Source: a virus (taxonomy: Duplodnaviria; Heunggongvirae; Uroviricota; Caudoviricetes). From it: a stretch of 18,069 nt of DNA. How positions within the stretch are numbered: the stretch's first letter is position 1; every line of letters starts with the position of its first letter. Location: IMG/VR virus record IMGVR_UViG_2675903352_000005; one strand, written 5' to 3'. The translations under genes and the position numbers were made by a program. Positions 1 to 6,016 of this stretch are shown here, piece by piece. The notes under the pieces were generated by a model, which searched no databases, was not told the origin of the DNA, and saw only the letters and a list, made by a program, of their open reading frames with translations.

Positions 1-45
1 TTAATGCACGCGAGAAATTCGGGTGTCCTGAAGTGGAAAGCATGA

Positions 46-411
46 ATGACTGAACGCATAGAATTTGTTTTGCCTTACCCGCCGACGGTGAACACCTACT
101 GGCGACGTCGTGGCAGCACATATTTTGTGTCAAAAGCCGGTGAGCGTTATCGCCGGGATGTGGCACTTATTGTTCGCCAGCAGCGGCTGAAATTAAACCT
201 GTCCGGAAGGCTGGCGATAAAGATTATTGCAGAGCCACCGGATAAGCGCCGCCGCGACCTGGACAATATCCTGAAGGCACCACTGGATGCGCTTACGCAT
301 GCCGGACTACTTATAGACGACGAGCAGTTTGATGAAATCAATATTGTGCGCGGTCAGCTCGTTTCTGGTGGGCGGCTGGGGATAAAAATCACAGAGCTGG
401 AGTGCGTATGA
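46..411 (+). CDS. rusA: RusA-like Holliday junction resolvase (121 aa)
   Basis: Complete ORF with GGAAAG 6-11 nt upstream of the ATG. Length and motifs (PPxxNxYW near the N-terminus, central RRRDLDN, C-terminal GGRL) match my recollection of E. coli RusA. It sits just upstream of the Q-like gene, as in lambdoid nin regions. Confidence 0.85.
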   Translation: MTERIEFVLPYPPTVNTYWRRRGSTYFVSKAGERYRRDVALIVRQQRLKLNLSGRLAIKIIAEPPDKRRRDLDNILKAPLDALTHAGLLIDDEQFDEINIVRGQLVSGGRLGIKITELECV

Positions 412-1097
412 ACAACCAGTATTTACAGTTTGTGCGTGAGCAGCTCATTATCGCCACTGCTGATTTGAGTGGGGCAACAAAAGGTCAGCTTGAGGCCTGG
501 CAGGAGAATGCCATATTTGATACAGGGCGTTACAGGCGTAAAAAAATCCGGTACCGTGATGAAGTGACCGGAAAAATGATAACGCGGGATAATCCACCAA
601 TCCCGGGGAAACAATCGCTGGCGAAGGTGACGTCAATTCCTCTGGTAAGTCAGGTTGAGTTTTCGACATCCTCATGGCGACGGGCTGTTCTGTCTCTTGA
701 AGAACATCATAAAGCCTGGTTGCTGTGGTGTTGCAGCGGCAGCATTTGCTGGGAACACCAGATTGCGATAACACAGTGGGCGTGGAATGGATTTAACGCG
801 CAATCTGGTACCAGAAAAATTGCGGAGAAAACACGGGAACGCCTGAAAAAATTAATCTGGCTGGCGGCGCAGGATGTCAGGGGATGGGTAACCGGGCATG
901 AGAACTACCAGCGACAGGAACTTGCCAGGCTGTGTGGAATTAAACCTGACAACTGGAGCCATAATTATGCGAACTACTGGCGTGAGATGTGCGATCTTTT
1001 TAAGGCTCTGGACACTGAATCTTTGATTTGCACTGTGAAAATGAGATCTAAACAAAAAGCGACCTTTTTGCGACGAGATGTTGCAAAAATCAATTAA
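408..1097 (+). CDS. Putative late-gene antiterminator (Q-like), about 229 aa
   Basis: The ORF track starts at GTG 402; ATG 408 overlaps the rusA stop (ATGA), so I prefer 408. It lies immediately upstream of a sigma70-like promoter plus terminator and the lysis cassette, which is the canonical Q position. The protein is not similar to lambda Q as I recall it, so family assignment rests on position and size only. Confidence 0.55.
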   Translation: MNNQYLQFVREQLIIATADLSGATKGQLEAWQENAIFDTGRYRRKKIRYRDEVTGKMITRDNPPIPGKQSLAKVTSIPLVSQVEFSTSSWRRAVLSLEEHHKAWLLWCCSGSICWEHQIAITQWAWNGFNAQSGTRKIAEKTRERLKKLIWLAAQDVRGWVTGHENYQRQELARLCGIKPDNWSHNYANYWREMCDLFKALDTESLICTVKMRSKQKATFLRRDVAKIN

Positions 1098-1109
1098 ATC
1101 GCGTATATT
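1081..1109 (+). promoter_or_regulatory. Candidate late promoter (pR'-like): TTGCAA, 17-nt spacer, TATATT
   Basis: Read directly: -35 TTGCAA at 1081-1086 and -10 TATATT at 1104-1109, overlapping the 3' end of the Q-like gene and about 55 nt upstream of a strong terminator. This matches the lambda pR'/qut/tR' layout. Confidence 0.35.
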
Positions 1110-1161
1110 TCGTGTAAATTTGATATTTTGCCGATTTTGTACGCGATGGCAAAGTAAGCAA

Positions 1162-1188
1162 GGCCCGCCGCTGAGCGGGTTTTTTTAT
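1162..1188 (+). terminator. Rho-independent terminator (tR'-like)
   Basis: GC-rich hairpin CCCGC-(cgctga)-GCGGG at about 1164-1179, followed by a run of seven T. Confidence 0.6.
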
Positions 1189-1308
1189 GCCTGAAAAACG
1201 GCACAGGACGTTAAACGCGCTGGTGGTTGCGAATACCGGTCTTTCAGCTTGCTGGCCTTTTCGACAAGAGTTATTGGTATGTCACGTTAACCAGAAAAGG
1301 GAAAAGGC

Positions 1309-1506
1309 ATGCTAAAACAGCAGGATATGACCGAAACTGCCAGAGTGGTGTTTAATGAATTAAGCGTCACCGAACCGGCGACCGTCGGGGAAATTGCGCA
1401 GAATACTTACCTTTCACGCGAACGTTGCCAGTTAATACTGACCCAGCTTGTTATGGCGGGTGTGGCTGATTATCAGTTCGGTTGTTACAGACGCCTTCCT
1501 CAGTGA
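1309..1506 (+). CDS. Small hypothetical protein (65 aa), possible winged-helix DNA-binding protein (FaeA/PapI-like pattern)
   Basis: ORF preceded by AAAGGGAAAAGG. The segment TVGEIAQNTYLSRERCQLILTQLVMAGV resembles the recognition-helix region of small FaeA/PapI-type regulators as I recall them. Short length makes this a tentative call. Confidence 0.4.
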   Translation: MLKQQDMTETARVVFNELSVTEPATVGEIAQNTYLSRERCQLILTQLVMAGVADYQFGCYRRLPQ

Positions 1507-1656
1507 AGACTTTTTAATTTGTGGTAATGGGCGGCTGGTGGGTGTTAGCGGCACCTGCCAGCCATTTGCTCATGCGTTGGGGTCACAAGCAAACCTCAGG
1601 CCCATCTGCTTTGCGCAAAAGCAGTATGAGCCTATCAGAGAAGCGCTTATTGATCT

Positions 1657-2709
1657 ATGGCTAATACTGTAAAAATATCCAGTTGTGAGTTAGTCAACGC
1701 TGATTGCCTGGAATTTATCCAGACCTTACCGGAAAACTCTGTCGATCTGATAGTCACAGACCCGCCATACTTTAAAGTGAAGCCCGAGAGCTGGGATAAC
1801 CAGTGGAAGGGGGACGATGATTACCTGAAATGGCTGGACCAGTGTCTGGCGCAGTTCTGGCGGGTACTGAAGCCCGCCGGAAGTCTTTACCTGTTCTGTG
1901 GTCATCGCCTGGCATCTGACACCGAAATTATGATGCGTGAACGCTTTAATGTGCTGAATCACATTATCTGGGCGAAGCCGTCAGGACGCTGGAACAGGTG
2001 CAACAAGGAAAGCCTGCGGGCGTATTTCCCGGCAACAGAGCGCATTCTGTTTGCCGAACATTATCAGGGGCCATATCGCGGCAAAAGTGACGGCTATGCG
2101 GCAAAAGAAAGTCAACTCAAACAGCACATAATGGCACCGCTGATTTCGTATTTCAGGGATGCTCGTGCCGAACTGGGTATAACGGCAAAACAAATTGCCG
2201 AAGCCACAGGTAAGAAAAATATGGTTTCCCACTAGTTTGGTGCCAGTCAGTGGCAGTTGCCGAATGAGGCTGACTATCGGAAGTTACAGGCACTGTTTTC
2301 CCGTATAGCGGCAGAGAAGTTTCAGGAACAACAACTGGAACAACCACACCACCAGCTGGTGGCATCTTATGATTCACTGAATCGCAAATATTCTGAATTG
2401 CTGGATGAGTTTAAATCTCTCCGGCGCTATTTCTCCGTATCAGTCTCCGTGCCTTATACCGATGTCTGGACGCATAAGCCCGTTCAGTTCTACCCGGGTA
2501 AACATCCGTGCGAGAAACCGGCGGATATGCTCCGGCAAATAATCAATGCCAGTAGTCGACCTGGTAATCTGGTCGCTGATTTCTTTATGGGATCCGGTTC
2601 CACAATAAAAGCAGCAATGGCGCTGGGGCGTCGGGCGTTAGGTGTTGAACTTGAGTCAGAGCGGTTTAATCAGACGGTGAAAGAGGTAAGTGAACTGGTG
2701 GGGAAATAA
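1657..2709 (+). pseudogene. DNA amino-methyltransferase (N6-adenine or N4-cytosine), split by an in-frame TAG at 2233-2235
   Basis: Two ORFs in the same frame (1657-2235 and 2257-2709) are separated only by one amber codon. The N-terminal part carries the catalytic motif DPPY (VTDPPYF); the C-terminal part carries the AdoMet-binding motif FxGxG (FFMGSGST). Both are needed in one polypeptide, so the intact gene would encode about 350 aa. Confidence 0.75.
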
Positions 2710-2716
2710 TTCTGGT

Positions 2717-2742
2717 GGCCACGTTGCGTGGCCTTTTTATTT
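2717..2742 (+). terminator. Rho-independent terminator-like hairpin between the methyltransferase and the holin
   Basis: Perfect 7-bp stem GGCCACG-(ttg)-CGTGGCC at 2717-2733, followed by TTTTTATTT. Confidence 0.5.
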
Positions 2743-2785
2743 CCAACACAGCACCCGCAAATATCGCGAGGTGAGAGATGACGAA

Positions 2786-3121
2786 ATGCCTCATAACCCA
2801 AATACCTGGCCGGACTGGCTGGAGTTGTTTCAGAGCTGGTGGCGTGGAGACACACCGCTGGGTGCAGTGATTATGTCGATCGTTATGGCTGGTTTGCGCA
2901 TCGCCTATTTTGGCGGTGGTGGTGGCTGGAAGCGAAAAACGCTCGAGATTTTGCTCTGTGGCGCTCTGACGCTGACCTTTGCATCCGCTCTTGAGTATGT
3001 CGGATGGCCTAAATCACTTTCTGTTGCCATTGGTGGCGGCGTGGGGCTGATCGGTGTCGATGCTATTCGTGGGGCTGCAATGCGAGTAATTGGTAACAAG
3101 TTTGGTGGCTCTAAGGAGTAA
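2786..3121 (+). CDS. Holin, three predicted transmembrane segments (111 aa)
   Basis: ATG 2786 follows GAGGTGAGAG. Three hydrophobic stretches (LGAVIMSIVMAGLRIAY, LEILLCGALTLTFASALEYVGW, LSVAIGGGVGLIGVDAI) and a charged C-terminus; it sits directly upstream of the endolysin. The longer track ORF from GTG 2690 would run through the terminator hairpin, so I reject that start. Confidence 0.8.
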   Translation: MPHNPNTWPDWLELFQSWWRGDTPLGAVIMSIVMAGLRIAYFGGGGGWKRKTLEILLCGALTLTFASALEYVGWPKSLSVAIGGGVGLIGVDAIRGAAMRVIGNKFGGSKE

Positions 3122-3124
3122 TTT

Positions 3125-3601
3125 ATGCAGGTACTAAATTCCCAGCGTAAAGCTTTCCTCGATATGTTGGCGTGGTCAGAAGGAACGGATAACGGGCGAC
3201 AGCCAACCCGCAATCACGGCTACGACGTTATTGTAGGTGGTGAGCTATTCACGGATTACTCCGATCATCCTCGCAAACTTGTCACGCTAAACCCGCAACT
3301 TAAATCAACCGCAGCTGGACGTTACCAGCTTCTTTCCCGTTGGTGGGATGCCTACCGCAAGCAGCTTGGCCTGAAAGACTTCTCTCCGAAAAGCCAGGAC
3401 GCTGTTGCACTGCAGCAGATTAAAGAGCGTGGCGCTTTACCAATGATTGATCGCGGTGATATTCGTCAGGCTATCGACCGTTGCAGCAATATCTGGGCTT
3501 CACTACCGGGCGCTGGTTATGGTCAGTTCGAGCATAAAGTTGGCAACCTGATTGCAAAATTCAAAGAAGCAGGCGGAACGGTCAGAGAGATTGAGGTATG
3601 A
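3125..3601 (+). CDS. R: Endolysin, lambda R-type lytic transglycosylase (158 aa)
   Basis: Near-identical over most of its length to lambda R as I recall it ([22 protein letters not shown]...[35 protein letters not shown]). Confidence 0.95.
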   Translation: MQVLNSQRKAFLDMLAWSEGTDNGRQPTRNHGYDVIVGGELFTDYSDHPRKLVTLNPQLKSTAAGRYQLLSRWWDAYRKQLGLKDFSPKSQDAVALQQIKERGALPMIDRGDIRQAIDRCSNIWASLPGAGYGQFEHKVGNLIAKFKEAGGTVREIEV

Positions 3602-4035
3602 GCAGAGTCACCGCGATTATCTCCGCTCTGGTTATTTGTATCATCGCCTGCCTGTCATGGGCTGTTAATCATTACCGTGATAACGCCATTACCTATAAAG
3701 AACAGCGCGATAAAGCCACGTACATCATCGCTGACATGCAGAAGCGTCAACATGATGTAGCAGAACTCGATGCCAGATACACAAAGGAGCTTGCTGATGC
3801 TAACGCGACTATCGAAAGTCTCCGTGCTGATATTTCTGCTGGGCGTAAGCGCCTGCAAGTCGCCGCCACCTGTGCAAAGTCAACGACCGGAGCCAGCAGC
3901 ATGGGCGATGGAGAAAGTCCAAGACTTACAGCAGATGCTGAACTCAATTATTACCGTCTCCGAAGTGGAATCGACAGGATAACCGCGCAGGTTAACTATC
4001 TGCAGGAGTACATCAGGACGCAATGCCTGAATTAA
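3598..4035 (+). CDS. Rz: Rz inner-membrane spanin (145 aa)
   Basis: N-terminus [33 protein letters not shown] matches lambda Rz. Start overlaps the R stop (ATGA). Coiled-coil central region. Confidence 0.9.
   Translation: MSRVTAIISALVICIIACLSWAVNHYRDNAITYKEQRDKATYIIADMQKRQHDVAELDARYTKELADANATIESLRADISAGRKRLQVAATCAKSTTGASSMGDGESPRLTADAELNYYRLRSGIDRITAQVNYLQEYIRTQCLN
3797..3982 (+). CDS. Rz1: Rz1 outer-membrane lipoprotein spanin, embedded in Rz in the +1 frame (61 aa)
   Basis: ORF lies entirely inside Rz. AAGGAG sits 8 nt upstream of ATG 3797. Signal peptide with lipobox (LLGVSAC) followed by a proline-rich mature part ([13 protein letters not shown]), as in lambda Rz1. The track start at 3770 is an alternative. 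Confidence 0.8.
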   Translation: MLTRLSKVSVLIFLLGVSACKSPPPVQSQRPEPAAWAMEKVQDLQQMLNSIITVSEVESTG

Positions 4036-4076
4036 TTCCTCAGCATCAAAAACTAACTTAATTTGTTGGATAGTGA

Positions 4077-4388
4077 ATGAAAATTTATATTGCCGGACCA
4101 ATGACGGGATATGAGAATTTTAATCGTGACGCCTTTAATAAAGAGGCTGAGCGTTTGTCACGTCATGGTCATTCGGTCCTGAATCCAGCCACTTTACCCA
4201 ATGGCCTGACGCAATGTGAATACATGGATATTTGCTTTGCAATGCTTCGTTCTGCTGATGCTATTTTGATGCTTCCTGGCTGGAAAGCGTCAGCTGGAGC
4301 AACTGCTGAGTATTATTACGCATACAAGATGGAGATGCCGGTATTCACTACGCTGAATTACCCGCCAGCTTGTTCCTCTGTAGCATAA
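4077..4388 (+). CDS. Hypothetical protein (103 aa), nucleoside 2-deoxyribosyltransferase-like (DUF4406-type) N-terminus
   Basis: N-terminus MKIYIAGPMTG and the overall pattern resemble the small nucleoside 2-deoxyribosyltransferase-like family. Located just after the lysis cassette, where lambda carries bor. Family assignment is from memory only. Confidence 0.5.
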   Translation: MKIYIAGPMTGYENFNRDAFNKEAERLSRHGHSVLNPATLPNGLTQCEYMDICFAMLRSADAILMLPGWKASAGATAEYYYAYKMEMPVFTTLNYPPACSSVA

Positions 4389-4489
4389 AAATCTCTTTGT
4401 TTCTCGCGTGCGACCGTGGTCGCACGATATCGTTGTCTCTTGTGGTGATTTATTTGTTTGAGCCGGTTTACAACTAACAGGATATAAAT

Positions 4490-4939
4490 ATGCAAGAAGA
4501 AGCAAAGAAAATTCTTGTTGATTTATTGAAGAAGGCCAGCGATGGAATTGATTCCGCCATTGCATTCAGTCAGGCTCAGATTCCGGATGTTGTTCATCAG
4601 TTGCTGATATGGAATATGGTTAATAGCCTGATTAAAACATTAATAGCGATTTCAACAATCCCGCTGGTTTTCTGGTTTATGAAGAAACAGTACCAAAAAG
4701 TTGAAATTGGTAAGTTCGATGATGAAGGATGGTCATGGGATAAGGGAAAGCCTAAATACAAACCTACTCTGATTTGGGAAAGTAACGGTGAGATTAGTTT
4801 TCTTATCTTACCATTAGCAGCAGTTTTTGTTATGTGGGTAAGTTTTATTATTGCTGTAGTAACCAATATGACATGGTTAAAAATCTGGCTGGCACCTAAG
4901 TTATATCTAATCGAATACGCAGCATCACTAATTAAATAG
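4490..4939 (+). CDS. Hypothetical membrane protein (149 aa), AT-rich cargo gene
   Basis: AGGA sits 9 nt upstream of the ATG. Hydrophobic segments (LLIWNMVNSLIKTLIAISTIPLVFWFM, ISFLILPLAAVFVMWVSFIIAVVT, WLKIWLAPKLYLI). Base composition is clearly more AT-rich than the flanking phage genes. Followed by a hairpin. Confidence 0.55.
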   Translation: MQEEAKKILVDLLKKASDGIDSAIAFSQAQIPDVVHQLLIWNMVNSLIKTLIAISTIPLVFWFMKKQYQKVEIGKFDDEGWSWDKGKPKYKPTLIWESNGEISFLILPLAAVFVMWVSFIIAVVTNMTWLKIWLAPKLYLIEYAASLIK

Positions 4940-4948
4940 CCCATTACA

Positions 4949-4974
4949 AAAGCCACTCGCTACAGAGTGGCTTT
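4949..4974 (+). terminator. Terminator-like hairpin after the membrane-protein gene
   Basis: 10-bp stem AAAGCCACTC-(gctaca)-GAGTGGCTTT. The downstream T tract is weak, so this may be only a stabilising hairpin. Confidence 0.35.
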
Positions 4975-5280
4975 GATAATGGCTTATACCCTACACGGGA
5001 TAACTTAACTAATATCCCTTTTAACGGATAAAGGTATTTAAGCCTGACACATCATGCGCTGCACCGTCGCCGTATTCCCGCATTAACTATGACCGTAGCC
5101 TGACGGGGAACTCCTTCTGCGCGAGTGTGCGGGGGTGGAAGAAACAGGACACTTACACAGATTCTTGTGGGCACGATGCTATGTCTTTCTGGATTATCCA
5201 GATGCCATTCATGCAGGGCGCTGTATCAGATGTTCGTCAGAACTGTCAGGCTGACGGGTCCTCCCGGTGGGGTAGCCTGC

Positions 5281-5301
5281 CACGGGGCGGGAGCGTCGCG
5301 G
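5281..5301. other. Candidate cos site (cosN-like), putative 12-nt cohesive end GGGCGGGAGCGT at 5285-5296
   Basis: CACGGGGCGGGAGCGTCGCGG closely resembles lambda cosN (ACGGGGCGGCGACCTCGCGGG) as I recall it. It lies about 196 bp upstream of the small-terminase start, as in lambda (about 190 bp), and is followed by an AT-rich cosB-like region. Confidence 0.4.
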
Positions 5302-5480
5302 AAAAAGGCTAGTTTTTGCATTTCCATGGCGGCGGCAGCATGTTTAGTAATTTATTGATAATTAAAAGTTATTTCTCTTTTCACCTGTACAATATTTTTT
5401 TCTCCCTGTCATTAGACCAGTTTGCAATTAATTGAAATATATAAATAAACCTGATTTTCACCTGCCAGATGGAGTTGCTT

Positions 5481-6008
5481 ATGTCAAATGTGAGCGGGAT
5501 CGGTGATGCTTATTACTGGAGTGTTTTTAAAATCGCCGAGGCCTTTGGGCTTCACCGGGACACAGTAAAAAAACGGCTCCTCGCGGCCAACACTCCTGTG
5601 GCTGCGACTGTCAGGGGGAACCCCGTTTACGCCCTGCAGCATGTCGGGCCCGCCCTGTTTAGTGTGAAGCATGAGGCAGCAGACTCTGTTCATGATCCAT
5701 CCCGTATGGAGCCGAAAGAGAGAAAGGACTGGTACCAGTCTGAAAATGAAAGGATCAAGCTGGAAAAGGAGCAGCGAAAACTCATCCCAGTTGATGAAGT
5801 AGTCATCGTCTATTCGTCCATGAGAAAGGCTGTCGTCCAGGTTCTGGAGACAATTCCGGATGTTCTTGAACGCGATTGCGCCCTGACTCCTCAGGCCGTC
5901 GGCGTTGTACAGCAGGCCATTGATGACCTGCGATACACTCTTCAGGAAAAATCCTACGAGGCTTGTGCTGCTGAATTAATTCCTGATGAGGAAGGAGAGA
6001 GTCTCTAG
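5481..6008 (+). CDS. Terminase small subunit, Nu1-like (175 aa)
   Basis: GGAG sits 7 nt upstream of ATG 5481; the track start at 5469 has no ribosome-binding site. N-terminal helix-turn-helix region (YYWSVFKIAEAFGLHRDTVKKRL), acidic C-terminus, immediately upstream of the large terminase. Confidence 0.8.
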   Translation: MSNVSGIGDAYYWSVFKIAEAFGLHRDTVKKRLLAANTPVAATVRGNPVYALQHVGPALFSVKHEAADSVHDPSRMEPKERKDWYQSENERIKLEKEQRKLIPVDEVVIVYSSMRKAVVQVLETIPDVLERDCALTPQAVGVVQQAIDDLRYTLQEKSYEACAAELIPDEEGESL

Positions 6009-6016
6009 GAGGAATA

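Noticed and set aside
1188-1660. Search for tRNA genes between Q and the lysis genes, where EHEC prophages carry ileZ-argN-argO
   Set aside because: I found no acceptor-stem or T-loop-like pattern (for example GTTCGAATC-type T-arm) by eye. I cannot run tRNAscan, so this is not definitive.
1448-1672. 74-aa ORF overlapping both the small winged-helix ORF and the methyltransferase start
   Set aside because: It overlaps the better-supported 65-aa ORF, has no ribosome-binding site, and has a Trp/Cys-rich composition. It is probably spurious, although a short upstream ORF coupled to the methyltransferase start cannot be excluded.
5125-5358. Two overlapping + strand ORFs (77 and 61 aa) in the GC-rich region upstream of the small terminase
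   Set aside because: The region contains the cos-like sequence, the ORFs overlap each other in different frames without ribosome-binding sites, and the translations are Gly/Arg/Cys-rich. I treat it as a non-coding packaging region. I also considered a structured ncRNA here, but the cos explanation is simpler.
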